Under the pieces are notes generated by a model. It did not search any database. It was given only the letters and a program-made list of their open reading frames with translations, and was not told where the DNA came from. Source: Cyanobacteriota bacterium (GTDB lineage Bacteria > Cyanobacteriota > Cyanobacteriia > Cyanobacteriales > Nostocaceae). Taken from it: a stretch of DNA of 64,000 nucleotides. Each line of letters starts with the position of its first letter. The first letter of the stretch is position 1. Shown here one piece after another: positions 19,501 to 29,952 of the stretch. The position numbers were made by a program, and so were the translations under genes. Location: assembly GCA_046045965.1 (NCBI GenBank), contig JBJOKS010000013.1, positions 1-64,000 on the forward strand, written 5' to 3'.

Positions 19501-20074
19501 CTACTTTGTACATGAATCCAGCTATGTTGATGAAGGTGCAGAAATTGGTAAAGGTACGAAAATTTGGCACTTTTGTCATATTTTCGCCAAAGCAAAAATC
19601 GGTGAAAACTGCATCTTTGGACAAAATGTTTTAGTTGCTAATAACGTCGTTATTGGTAATAACTGCAAAATCCAAAATAACGTCTCTTTGTATGAAGGGG
19701 TGATTTTAGAAGACTACGTTTTTTGTGGGCCAAGTATGGTATTTACAAATGTGAAAACACCAAGATGTGAGTTTCCCCGTAATACCAGCAATGATTACCA
19801 AAAAACCTTAGTGAAAAGAGGTAGCAGTATTGGTGCTAATGCTACAATCGTTTGCGGTGTCACATTGAATGAATCTGCCTTTGTTGCTGCTGGTGCAGTG
19901 GTAACAAAAGATGTACCATCCTATGCTATGGTAGCGGGAGTGCCAGCAAAAATAATTGGTTGGATGAGTGCCTATGGTGATGTGTTAAAGTTTGATGCTG
20001 ATGGCTACGCTGTAGATTCTACAGGAACTAAATATCAAAAAATTTCAGAAACAGAAGTGATCAAAGTTGCATGA
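19493..20074 (+). CDS. wbpD: Hexapeptide-repeat N-acetyltransferase, WbpD/WlbB-like
   Basis: [19 protein letters not shown], [15 protein letters not shown] are characteristic of WbpD/WlbB. Confidence 0.85.
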   Translation: MTNYFVHESSYVDEGAEIGKGTKIWHFCHIFAKAKIGENCIFGQNVLVANNVVIGNNCKIQNNVSLYEGVILEDYVFCGPSMVFTNVKTPRCEFPRNTSNDYQKTLVKRGSSIGANATIVCGVTLNESAFVAAGAVVTKDVPSYAMVAGVPAKIIGWMSAYGDVLKFDADGYAVDSTGTKYQKISETEVIKVA

Positions 20075-21207
20075 ACCAAACTAATATTCCTGTTCTTGAT
20101 CTTAAACCCCAATATGAATCTTTAAAAACAGAGATTCAAGCCGCTATTAATCGCGTTTTAGAATCTGGTCAGTTTATTATGGGACCAGATGTGAAACTAT
20201 TTGAACAGGAAGTAGCGACTTATTTAGGAGTACGTCATGCGATCGCTGTTAACTCTGGTACTGATGCTTTAGTCATCGGGTTAAGGGCTTTGGGTATTGG
20301 TACAGGTGATGAAGTAATTACCACACCATTTAGCTTTTTTGCTACTGCGGAATCAATTAGTAATGTCGGTGCTACACCCATATTTGTTGACATTAACCCT
20401 GATACATTTAACATCAACCCAGCCGCAATAGTTGAGAAAATTACACCTCAAACTAAAGCTATCATGCCTGTTCACCTTTATGGTAATCCGGCAGCTATGT
20501 TTGAAATTTTGGATATTGCCCAAAAGTATAATTTAAAAGTTATTGAAGACTGCGCTCAGTCATTTGGTGCTAGATATTATACTAATAATCATAAAGATAT
20601 TAACGATAAACATACTGGTACAATTGGTGATGTAGGTGCTTATTCCTTTTTCCCTTCCAAAAATTTGGGTGCTTACGGTGACGGTGGCTTAATTGTTACC
20701 GATGATGACCAAGTGGCAGAAACAGCTAGGATGTTGCGGGTACATGGAGCGAAGAAGAAATATCACAATGAAGTATTGGGTTATAATTCACGTTTGGATA
20801 CTATACAAGCAGCAATTTTGCGTGTAAAATTACCTCACATTGATCAATGGAATCAAGGTAGGCGTGTAGTAGCTAAAACCTATAATCAACTATTAGCAGA
20901 AGTTGCTGGTGTGGTGACACCAGAAATAACTGATGGTCATGTATTTCATCAGTATACAATTAGGGTTTTAGATGGTAAGCGTGATGCTGTGCAGAAGCAT
21001 TTAACTGCACAGGGTATTGGCTCAATGATTTATTATCCTGTGCCGCAAGATCAGTTACCAGTTTATAAAGGTCAGTATCCTGCGAATCCAGTGAGTGATT
21101 TGTTTGCTGAGGAGGTTTTGAGTTTACCAATTTGGCCGGAGATGGAGGAAAAAAGTATTGAAAGGGTGGTGGAAGCTATTAAACAAACTTTGAAGAATGA
21201 GGTTTGA
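20071..21207 (+). CDS. wbpE: DegT/DnrJ/EryC1/StrS aminotransferase, WbpE-like
   Basis: [38 protein letters not shown]. Confidence 0.8.
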   Translation: MNQTNIPVLDLKPQYESLKTEIQAAINRVLESGQFIMGPDVKLFEQEVATYLGVRHAIAVNSGTDALVIGLRALGIGTGDEVITTPFSFFATAESISNVGATPIFVDINPDTFNINPAAIVEKITPQTKAIMPVHLYGNPAAMFEILDIAQKYNLKVIEDCAQSFGARYYTNNHKDINDKHTGTIGDVGAYSFFPSKNLGAYGDGGLIVTDDDQVAETARMLRVHGAKKKYHNEVLGYNSRLDTIQAAILRVKLPHIDQWNQGRRVVAKTYNQLLAEVAGVVTPEITDGHVFHQYTIRVLDGKRDAVQKHLTAQGIGSMIYYPVPQDQLPVYKGQYPANPVSDLFAEEVLSLPIWPEMEEKSIERVVEAIKQTLKNEV

Positions 21208-21210
21208 GAA

Positions 21211-22227
21211 ATGGATCTCAAAGGAAAACGGTTTCTTGTCATTGGTGGTGCGGGTTTAATAGGTTCGCACACAGTTGATCGCCTGTTGCAAGAAGATGTG
21301 GCTGAAATTCGGATTTATGATAATTTTACGCGAGGCAGTCAAGAGAATATTGCTAATCCGTTAACAGACAACCGTGTCAATATATTTCCTCTAGGTGGGG
21401 AACTGCTGCATCGCGATATTTTGAATGAGGCAATGAAAGATATTGATGGGGTATTTCATTTCGCTGCTTTGTGGCTACTACACTGCTGGGATTTTCCTCG
21501 TTCTGCATTTGAAGTCAATATTGCTGGAACTTTTAATGTCTTGGAAGCTTGTATTAATAATGGTGTAAAAAGACTGGTTTACTCATCCTCTGCTTCTGTT
21601 TATGGAGATGCAGTAGCAGAACCAATGACAGAAGATCATCCCTATAACAATACAAATTTTTACGGTGCAACTAAAGTCGCAGGTGAACAAATGTGCCGCG
21701 CTCTTTATCATCGTTATCAGGGGACGGAAAAGCATTTTGATTATGTTGGCTTGCGCTATATGAATGTCTACGGTCCCAGACAAGATTATCGGGGCGCTTA
21801 TATCGCTGTGATTATGAAAATTTTGGATCGCTTGGATAAGGGATTACCACCAATTGTCTATGGTGATGGCTCTCAATCCTATGATTTTGTCTATGTGGGA
21901 GATTGCGCCAAAGCTAATGTATGTGCGATGAAAGCTGACTCGACGGATAGGTTTTATAATGTCGGCAAGGGTGTAAAAACGACCATTAAGGAATTAGCCG
22001 AACTAATTTTGGAGATTACTGGTTCAGATTTAAAAATTCAGTATGAACCAGGCGGTCAAACTTTTGTCAAAAATCGGGTTGGCTGTCCAAAAAAAGCAGC
22101 AGCAGAAATTGGTTTTAAAGCTGATGTCGAACTCAGAGATGGCATCGAAAAACTAATTGAGTGGCGCAATAACCACAAAGAAGAAGTGGCAAGAAGGCGT
22201 GATCAAGCGGGAATATCAAATGATTGA
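21211..22227 (+). CDS. NAD-dependent nucleotide-sugar epimerase/dehydratase (extended SDR)
   Basis: GGAGLIGS, SSSASVYG, YGATK, LRYMNVYGPRQ. Confidence 0.9.
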   Translation: MDLKGKRFLVIGGAGLIGSHTVDRLLQEDVAEIRIYDNFTRGSQENIANPLTDNRVNIFPLGGELLHRDILNEAMKDIDGVFHFAALWLLHCWDFPRSAFEVNIAGTFNVLEACINNGVKRLVYSSSASVYGDAVAEPMTEDHPYNNTNFYGATKVAGEQMCRALYHRYQGTEKHFDYVGLRYMNVYGPRQDYRGAYIAVIMKILDRLDKGLPPIVYGDGSQSYDFVYVGDCAKANVCAMKADSTDRFYNVGKGVKTTIKELAELILEITGSDLKIQYEPGGQTFVKNRVGCPKKAAAEIGFKADVELRDGIEKLIEWRNNHKEEVARRRDQAGISND

Positions 22228-23365
22228 ACAACGCAACATACCAATTTCTATACCTTCTGCTGGTGAGGACGAATGGCAGGCTCTGCGAGAACCTTTAATG
22301 ACGGGATGGCTAACTCAAGGTCCGAAAGTAGCAGCTTTTGAAAAGGCTTTTGCTGAACGTCATCAAGTAAAACACGCGATAGCTGTAACTAGCTGCACCA
22401 CTGCACTGCATTTGATTTTGGTAGCTTTAGGTATAGGCTGCGGTGATGAAGTAATTGTGCCTGCTTTTACTTGGATTGCTACTGCTAACGTGATACTTTA
22501 TTGTGGTGCAACTCCAGTTTTTGTGGATGTAGATCCCAAAAATTTCAACATAGATGTAAGCCAAGTAACAGCTAAATTAACTGAGCGAACCAAAGCAATT
22601 ATACCAGTACATTTGTTTGGTTTGTGTGCTGACATTGATGCCTTAAGTACCGCAGCACCCGGTATTCCCTTGATTGAAGATGCTGCTTGTGCGGCTGGTA
22701 GTGCTTACAAAGGTCAGCCAGCAGGTTCATTAGGATTAGCAGCAGCTTTTTCATTTCATCCCCGCAAGTCAATTACTACTGGCGAGGGGGGTATGATAAC
22801 CACAAATGATGACGAACTGGCAGAGAAAATGAGGGTTTTACGCAATCACGGTGCGAGTATTTCGGAAGAACAAAGGCATTTAGGATCGCGCCCTTATATT
22901 TTGCCTGATTTTAATTTATTGGGCTTCAACTATCGCATGACCGATTTACAAGGTGCAGTCGGTTTAGTGCAGCTAGGTAAATTAGATAAGTTTATTAATG
23001 AGCGTCAGCATTGGGCCGAATTTTACAGCCGAGAATTAGCTAGTGTTGACTGGTTACGAACTCCTATGGTATCTGAAGGTTATTCTCATGCTTGGCAGGC
23101 TTATGTTTGTTATGTCAATGAAAGCAAAGCACCAATACCTCGAAATGCAATAATGGAAGTTTTACAGCAACGGGGTATCAGCACTCGTCCGGGAACTCAT
23201 GCAGTTCATTTGTTGGGTGTTTATAAAGATAAATTTGGATTAAGGAGCGATGATTATCCAGGGGCAAGAGATTGCGATCGCTATTCAATGGCTATTCCTT
23301 TGCATAACCAGATGACAGATGCAGATTATCATTATGTGGTGCAAACTATCAAATCAATTTCCTGA
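22220..23365 (+). CDS. Second DegT-family sugar aminotransferase
   Basis: TSCTTALH, EDAACA, SFHPRKSITTGEGGM; ATG at 22220 overlaps the end of the upstream gene. Confidence 0.9.
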   Translation: MIEQRNIPISIPSAGEDEWQALREPLMTGWLTQGPKVAAFEKAFAERHQVKHAIAVTSCTTALHLILVALGIGCGDEVIVPAFTWIATANVILYCGATPVFVDVDPKNFNIDVSQVTAKLTERTKAIIPVHLFGLCADIDALSTAAPGIPLIEDAACAAGSAYKGQPAGSLGLAAAFSFHPRKSITTGEGGMITTNDDELAEKMRVLRNHGASISEEQRHLGSRPYILPDFNLLGFNYRMTDLQGAVGLVQLGKLDKFINERQHWAEFYSRELASVDWLRTPMVSEGYSHAWQAYVCYVNESKAPIPRNAIMEVLQQRGISTRPGTHAVHLLGVYKDKFGLRSDDYPGARDCDRYSMAIPLHNQMTDADYHYVVQTIKSIS

Positions 23366-23491
23366 AAGTAATTAAGATTTTGGTGTTTTCAAGGTTAAGT
23401 AATGAAAAAGCAGAAGTTATTGATGATTCTGAAAATGCGTGCCTTTGTATCGGATAAGAATCAGGAATTACCCTCTTAAGGAAATTTTCAA

Positions 23492-25363
23492 ATGTGCGGT
23501 ATTGCAGGGATTTTTAACTACAATGGTGAACCTATATCGCCTGTATTACTTAGTAAAATGACTGATGCGATCGCTCACAGAGGTCCCGATGGTGAAGGTT
23601 TTTACATTGATAGCTATATAGGTCTAGGCCATCGCAGATTGGCGATTATTGATTTGTCTGATGCTGGTCATCAACCAATGATCACAAAAGATGGGCGCTA
23701 TATTCTTAGTTACAATGGCGAAATCTATAATTTTCAAGAATTGAAGGTAGAACTAGAAGCTTTGGGCTACCAGTTCCACTCGCGTACTGATACTGAAGTA
23801 TTACTGTATGCGTATGCTGAGTGGGGAATCAAGGCTCTAGACCGCTTGAACGGGATGTTTGCTTTTGCCATTTGGGATCAGCAGCAAAGCGAGTTGTTTC
23901 TTGCACGCGATCGCTACGGCATCAAACCTCTCTACTATACTCTCCAGAGTAACTGTCTTCTGTTTGGCTCAGAAGTCAAAGCAATTTTAGCTCACCCATC
24001 ATACAAAGTAGCAATAGATAAAGAAGCCCTGCTAGAATATTTCACATTTCAAAATTTCTTTACTGATCGAACCCTGTTCAATAATGTGAAACTTTTGCCC
24101 GCAGGTACTTATATACGAATGTCGTTGGATAATACTCAGCAAGTTGAACCCCAGCGTTACTGGGATTATGACTTTGTTGAACCAGAAAAACTAAAAGATG
24201 AGAGAGAATACATAGAGGAACTGGATAGGTTGTTTCGTCAGGCAGTAAAAAGACAGCTAGTAAGTGATGTTGACGTTGGAGCCTATCTGAGTGGGGGTAT
24301 GGATTCGGGGTCAATTACCGCGATCGCCGCAACCGAGTTACCATATTTGAAGACGTTCACCTGTGGTTTTGATCTGCATTCAGCATCAGGTTTAGAATTA
24401 GGGTTTGACGAACGAAATAAAGCAGAATATATGTCTTACCTATTCAAGACAGAACATTATGAAATGGTCTTGAAAGCCGGTGACATGGAGCGAGTTTTTC
24501 CCAAATTAACTTGGCATTTAGAAGAACCACGAGTAGGACAGAGTTATCCCAACTTTTATGTAGCTCAACTAGCTAGTAAATTTGTCAAAGTCGTCTTAGC
24601 TGGTACAGGTGGCGATGAATTGTTTGGGGGTTATCCTTGGCGCTATTATAGAGCAGTAGTAAATGATGATTTTGAGCATTATATTGACAAATATTATAAT
24701 TTTTGGCAACGTCTTATTCCTAATAAATTAATCCATCAGGTATTTAAACCTATCTGGAATGAAGTAAGTCACGTCTGGACGCGAAATATTTTTCGTAATG
24801 TCTTTGCAGAAGCAACATCTACACTCACTCGCCCAGAAGATTATATTAACCATTCCCTCTACTTTGAAGCAAAAACGTTTTTACACGGTTTATTGCTAGT
24901 AGAGGATAAGCTCAGTATGGCGCATGGATTGGAGTCGCGAGTACCCTTTTTGGACAACGATTTGGTAGATTTTGCGATGAAAGTACCTGTGCATTTAAAG
25001 CTGGGCAATTTGGGTGAAGTGGTACGACTGAATGAGAATGAACCAGGTCCAAAAACTGCTATGTATTTTCAAAAAACTAAGGATGGAAAGTTATTATTAC
25101 GCAAGGTAATGGAACGCTACATTACTGAACAAGTAACTGATGCTGTTAAGCAAGGCTTTTCTGCACCAGATGCTACCTGGTTTAAAGGAGAGAGTATTGA
25201 TTATGTACGTCGGCAGTTATTTTCCGAAGCAAAAATTTATGAGTTTTTAGATCGAGAAACAGTCCAAAAATTGGTGAATGAGCATTTAGATGGAAAGCAA
25301 AATCGACGTTTATTGATTTGGTCGCTACTCAGTGTAGAAAATTGGTGTCAGCAGGTTCTGTAA
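23492..25363 (+). CDS. AsnB-type glutamine amidotransferase (probable sugar uronamide synthase)
   Basis: N-terminal MCGIAG, HRGPD, NGEIYN, LSGGMDS, ESRVPFLD; located in a polysaccharide cluster. Confidence 0.9.
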   Translation: MCGIAGIFNYNGEPISPVLLSKMTDAIAHRGPDGEGFYIDSYIGLGHRRLAIIDLSDAGHQPMITKDGRYILSYNGEIYNFQELKVELEALGYQFHSRTDTEVLLYAYAEWGIKALDRLNGMFAFAIWDQQQSELFLARDRYGIKPLYYTLQSNCLLFGSEVKAILAHPSYKVAIDKEALLEYFTFQNFFTDRTLFNNVKLLPAGTYIRMSLDNTQQVEPQRYWDYDFVEPEKLKDEREYIEELDRLFRQAVKRQLVSDVDVGAYLSGGMDSGSITAIAATELPYLKTFTCGFDLHSASGLELGFDERNKAEYMSYLFKTEHYEMVLKAGDMERVFPKLTWHLEEPRVGQSYPNFYVAQLASKFVKVVLAGTGGDELFGGYPWRYYRAVVNDDFEHYIDKYYNFWQRLIPNKLIHQVFKPIWNEVSHVWTRNIFRNVFAEATSTLTRPEDYINHSLYFEAKTFLHGLLLVEDKLSMAHGLESRVPFLDNDLVDFAMKVPVHLKLGNLGEVVRLNENEPGPKTAMYFQKTKDGKLLLRKVMERYITEQVTDAVKQGFSAPDATWFKGESIDYVRRQLFSEAKIYEFLDRETVQKLVNEHLDGKQNRRLLIWSLLSVENWCQQVL

Positions 25364-25951
25364 ATGTTTGAAGGATTTACCAAAATGATAGGAGATAAAC
25401 AGCCAAGGCAATCAAAAATATTCAGACATTTGGTTGCGTTATGGAGCCTTTTGCAAGCAGATGTAAATCAGAAGTGGCAGCGTACGCTTCCCTGGGCAGA
25501 TTATATAGTAGATCGATGGGAAAAGGCCCGTATTTTAGGATTTGGTGAGGGAAGCAGCATTTACGATAGCTCTTTAGTTTTGGGTGATGTTAAGGTGGGA
25601 GCAAATACCTGGATTGGGCCTTTTACTGTTCTTGATGGTTCAGGAGGATTAGAGATAGGATCTTTTTGTTCTATTTCAGCAGGAGTACAGATATATACTC
25701 ATGACACTGTAAAATGGGCTGTGTCTGGTGGAAAGGCTTCTCCTGAACGCGCTCCTACAAAAATTGGCGATCGCTGTTACATTGGACCTAATACAATCAT
25801 TGCTAAAGGGATCACAATTGGTCACGGCTGTATTATCGGTGCCAACAGTTTAGTTTTGCATGATGTTCCATCCCAAAGCAAAGCATATGGAACCCCTTGC
25901 AAAATGATAGGCAAAGTAGTAATTGAGGAAAATTTGATTAATTTAGAATGA
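25364..25951 (+). CDS. Hexapeptide-repeat (LbH) acyltransferase
   Basis: [41 protein letters not shown]. Confidence 0.85.
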   Translation: MFEGFTKMIGDKQPRQSKIFRHLVALWSLLQADVNQKWQRTLPWADYIVDRWEKARILGFGEGSSIYDSSLVLGDVKVGANTWIGPFTVLDGSGGLEIGSFCSISAGVQIYTHDTVKWAVSGGKASPERAPTKIGDRCYIGPNTIIAKGITIGHGCIIGANSLVLHDVPSQSKAYGTPCKMIGKVVIEENLINLE

Positions 25952-25990
25952 TTTATGCTTTGGAAAATTGAAGATGAGGAGAACTATTAA

Positions 25991-27370
25991 ATGAATACTA
26001 GATTTGTGTTTATAAACAAATTTATAAACATATTTAAAACTATTAAATTCATTGGAGAAATTATAATTTCTCCTTTAATAATTATATTTATTTTTATAGT
26101 TGCTATTTCATCAAAAAAAAGTAATAATCCTAAATTATTTTGGGGGCCAGTGCCAATTATGAATAATAAATATTGGTCTCTAGCACTTGCTCAGAAAGGA
26201 TTTATATCCAAAACCGTCATGTTAGAATACTTTTCATCTATTAATAGACGAGAAGATTTTGATATTATCGTAACCGAAATAATTACAAATTTTTGGCTAC
26301 CTATTCGATTAATTTTGCGTTTTCTGCTGCCTTTTATATGCTTTATTTATGCCCTATGGAACTTTGACATATTTCACCACCCATTTAGCGGAGGATTTTT
26401 AGGAAATACTTGTCTATGGCGTTGGGAAGCTTTTTTCCTTAAGGTAGCGAGAAAGAAAGTAGTTATTATACCTTATGGAGCAGATGCTTATCTATATTCT
26501 CAAGTTATTGATCCGTTACTGAGACACGCTCTTCTACTTTCTTACCCAAATGCTGCAAAGGAAGAAACAAAAATTCAAAAGCGTGTGAATTACTGGACAA
26601 AAAATGCAGACGCTATTATTGCCGGAATCATGATTGACGGTATATCTAGGTGGGATGTTCTTTGTTTTAGCGTTCTTAGTATAGATACTAAATTATGGCA
26701 ACAGAGAGCAAAATACTCTCAAAATAATGGCATCAACGGTGTAGTTAAAGTTATCCATACTCCCAATCATCGAGGATTCAAAGGAACTGAATTTTTAATT
26801 CAAGCAATTAAAGAGCTTCAGGAGGAAGGATTAAAGGTTGAATTAATATTGATAGAAAAAAAGCAAAATGAAGAAGTACGTCTGCTAATGGCAGAGGAAG
26901 CGGATATTTTGGCCGAACAGTTTATTGCTACTGCTTATGCTTTAAGTGCTATCGAAGGCATGGCTTCAGGATTACCTGTGTTATCAAACTTAGAACACGA
27001 AGCTTACACAAGGATGTTTCGGCGCTACTCTTATTTAAATGAGTGTCCTATTCTGTCTACAACACCTGAAACTATTAAAAATAATTTACGTATTCTCATC
27101 ACAAATCCCAAATTGCGTGAAGAATTGGGAATTGCCGGCAGGCTTTATGTAGAAAAGTATCATTCTGAAGTGACAACTCAATATATGTTTGAGTCCATAT
27201 ACCAAAAAATATGGTTTAACAAAGAAGTAGACTTAATGAATCTTTTTCATCCACTTAAGTCTGAATATAACAAAACCAAACCTTTCGTTAAACATCCTTT
27301 AGTCGAAAACTGTCTTCCACTACATTATCTTCATGAAATAATCAATCTAGATGAGAGCAACAGAAATTGA
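25991..27370 (+). CDS. GT-B fold glycosyltransferase with N-terminal membrane anchor
   Basis: HTPNHRGFKGT, AIEGMASGLPV, GRLYVEKYHS. Confidence 0.8.
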   Translation: MNTRFVFINKFINIFKTIKFIGEIIISPLIIIFIFIVAISSKKSNNPKLFWGPVPIMNNKYWSLALAQKGFISKTVMLEYFSSINRREDFDIIVTEIITNFWLPIRLILRFLLPFICFIYALWNFDIFHHPFSGGFLGNTCLWRWEAFFLKVARKKVVIIPYGADAYLYSQVIDPLLRHALLLSYPNAAKEETKIQKRVNYWTKNADAIIAGIMIDGISRWDVLCFSVLSIDTKLWQQRAKYSQNNGINGVVKVIHTPNHRGFKGTEFLIQAIKELQEEGLKVELILIEKKQNEEVRLLMAEEADILAEQFIATAYALSAIEGMASGLPVLSNLEHEAYTRMFRRYSYLNECPILSTTPETIKNNLRILITNPKLREELGIAGRLYVEKYHSEVTTQYMFESIYQKIWFNKEVDLMNLFHPLKSEYNKTKPFVKHPLVENCLPLHYLHEIINLDESNRN

Positions 27371-27383
27371 CCAAGAGAAAAAT

Positions 27384-28277
27384 ATGAAGAAATGTCTGAT
27401 TACAGGTGTTTCCGGATTAATCGGTTCTCACCTAGTGAGCGAATTGTCTCAGAACTGGCATATCACTGGTTTGTCACGCAGTAAAAGAATCTGTGACTTA
27501 CAATCTACAGAATTTGAGCATCTAGCTCTCGATCTGTCTAAAAAATTGGATACTAGTCTACTGCCAGAAAAAATTGATGCAGTGATTCATCTGGCACAAT
27601 CGGAAAATTTTCGCGAGTTTCCTAAGCTAGCAGACGATATTTTTCAAGTCAACACAGTCAGTACCCTAGTTTTACTCGATTATGCTCGACGTGCAGGTGC
27701 GCGTACATTCATCTTAGCCTCATCTGGAGGTATATATGGATATGGAGAGCAAGATTTTTCTGAAGATGTAGAAATTTCTGCAAATGGAGATTTGGGATTT
27801 TATTTAGGAACCAAACTTTGTTCTGAGGTACTTGCCAATAGTTATATTCCCTTTTTCAATATTATTGTCCTGAGATTCTTTTTTGTCTATGGGCATTCTC
27901 AAAGACGAAGTATGTTAATTCCTCGCTTAGTAGAGTCAGTTTTAGAAAGAAAGCCTATCACCTTACAAGGAGAAAACGGCATTAGAATTAATCCTACCTA
28001 TGTTTCTGATGCAGTCGCTGCTATCAGTCGCTCTCTAGAGCTAGATGGCAGTCATAAAATTAATGTAGCAGGTGCAAATGTATTGAGTCTACGCGAGATA
28101 GGTGAAATTATTGGCAAAGTAGTAGAAAGAAAACCTAAATTTGATCTACAACTGGATGCAAATCCTCGACACCTCGTAGGAGATATTAGCAGAATGTCCA
28201 AAATACTTGGCTCTCCCAAGGTAAATTTTGCAGATGGCATTAAGATTTACATCAATAAGACTTATGGTATTGTTTAA
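27384..28277 (+). CDS. NAD-dependent epimerase/dehydratase
   Basis: LITGVSGLIG, HLAQS, ASSGGIYG, YLGTK, LRFFFVYG. Confidence 0.88.
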   Translation: MKKCLITGVSGLIGSHLVSELSQNWHITGLSRSKRICDLQSTEFEHLALDLSKKLDTSLLPEKIDAVIHLAQSENFREFPKLADDIFQVNTVSTLVLLDYARRAGARTFILASSGGIYGYGEQDFSEDVEISANGDLGFYLGTKLCSEVLANSYIPFFNIIVLRFFFVYGHSQRRSMLIPRLVESVLERKPITLQGENGIRINPTYVSDAVAAISRSLELDGSHKINVAGANVLSLREIGEIIGKVVERKPKFDLQLDANPRHLVGDISRMSKILGSPKVNFADGIKIYINKTYGIV

Positions 28278-28428
28278 GCTAGTCTTGAATATTTCAAATA
28301 CTATCAATTGAATAATTTTTGGTTGTTTGATAACATCATCAAAATTGAAAAATCAGATTATGTTCAGCTAGTTCACTCTAAATTAATGTTTATTGTCAAT
28401 TTTTTTCATTATAATTTGTAAGTGATTA

Positions 28429-29892
28429 ATGGGTAAAATACTCAAAGATATTTTGATATATGGTGGCAGTGAAATTTTGCTTAAAGGCATAACAGCATTC
28501 ATGGCCTTGCCAATATATACTCGAATTTTCGCACCAGAAGATTATGGAGTTTGGAGTTTTATCAACACATCTGTAGGCTTATTAAGTGGTATTTTAATTT
28601 TGGGTGGTGATTCAGCCTATGCTCGGTTCTTTTTTGAGGCAAGGACTGAGCAAGAAAAGCAACTAGTAACTTCAACATTATTGCTTTTTTCATTTTTGTG
28701 GAGTGGAAGTATTATCTTGTTTTGCTTGCCTTTTACAAGTTTTTTCTCTCAATGGTCTTTGGGAACCCCTCAATATGGGAATATATTTTTCCTTGCCTTG
28801 CTTTGTGTTCCATTCACCCTGATCAATTCTTTATGCGGTCAGGCATTACGCAACCAGTTTCGTGCTAGTTTATTCACTGCGTTGAATGCAATTACCACCT
28901 TCTTAACAATTGCTTTTAGTCTTTGCGGTGTCCTAGTTTTGAAGATGGGATTGATGGGGGTAATGGGGGGTACACTGCTGGCAACTTTTATGTTGTTGCC
29001 AATTCGCCTGTGGACAGTTCGCACTCTGTTACATCCCGCTTTTTCTATCCAAGTACTTAGGAAACTACTGGGGTATGGAGTGCCATTAGTACCATCTTCC
29101 TTAGCTTATTGGGTGTTTGGTAGTTCAGACCGAATAGTGTTGGGAAAGCTATCAACTGTCGAACAAGTTGGACTTTACGCAGTGGCAAACAATGCAACGA
29201 ACCTACTGGGCTTTGTTAACAGTGCCATAGGTCAAGCTTGGACACCTCATGCATTACAAATCTATGAAGAACAGCCGAACCAGGCATCTGCATTCTTTGG
29301 TCAAGTAATGACTTATATTCTAGCTGGCTTTGGGTTGTTGTGTGTTGGCATCACAATCTTTGCCCGTGAGATATTAATGGTTCTTTCCACTCCAGCATTC
29401 TATTCAGCATCTCTAGCCATAGGCCCTTTAGCTATCGGATTTATGGCTTATGCTTCCACACAGGTTACATCAATTGGGATTTCACTGACTAAGCAGACGC
29501 AGTACTTTGCCATATTTTCTTGGTTATCAGCACTGCTAAACCTGGGTTTAAATATCATATTTGTTCCCCAAGGAGGTATGATAGCAGCCAGTTGGTCTAC
29601 AGCCGTATCTTATATATTCCTGACAGTTGCTTATTTGTGTATATCGCAGAAATTACAGCCAGTGGTTTATGAAAAAAGAAAAGCAGTTATAGTCATTAGC
29701 CTGACCTTCGGGTTTACTATAGTAGCCCCCTTTGTACCTAACATTAATTTAATAATTAATCTTCTTCAGAAAACTGCTTTCTGTTTAACTTATATTGCCT
29801 TATTATTTGAATTTAAAGTATTAGAGCAGAGTCAATTTAATGAACTGGTTGCCTCTTTACAAAAAAGAATCAAGAAAAATGATACTCAATAA
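28429..29892 (+). CDS. wzx: Wzx-type oligosaccharide flippase
   Basis: 487 aa, about 12 hydrophobic segments, LPIYTRIFAPEDYG, SDRIVLG, VGLYAVA. Confidence 0.85.
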   Translation: MGKILKDILIYGGSEILLKGITAFMALPIYTRIFAPEDYGVWSFINTSVGLLSGILILGGDSAYARFFFEARTEQEKQLVTSTLLLFSFLWSGSIILFCLPFTSFFSQWSLGTPQYGNIFFLALLCVPFTLINSLCGQALRNQFRASLFTALNAITTFLTIAFSLCGVLVLKMGLMGVMGGTLLATFMLLPIRLWTVRTLLHPAFSIQVLRKLLGYGVPLVPSSLAYWVFGSSDRIVLGKLSTVEQVGLYAVANNATNLLGFVNSAIGQAWTPHALQIYEEQPNQASAFFGQVMTYILAGFGLLCVGITIFAREILMVLSTPAFYSASLAIGPLAIGFMAYASTQVTSIGISLTKQTQYFAIFSWLSALLNLGLNIIFVPQGGMIAASWSTAVSYIFLTVAYLCISQKLQPVVYEKRKAVIVISLTFGFTIVAPFVPNINLIINLLQKTAFCLTYIALLFEFKVLEQSQFNELVASLQKRIKKNDTQ

Positions 29893-29952
29893 GCATCTTA
29901 ATAAGAAGACACAAATATATTTTTTTATTTAACAATAAATACAAAAATTAAA

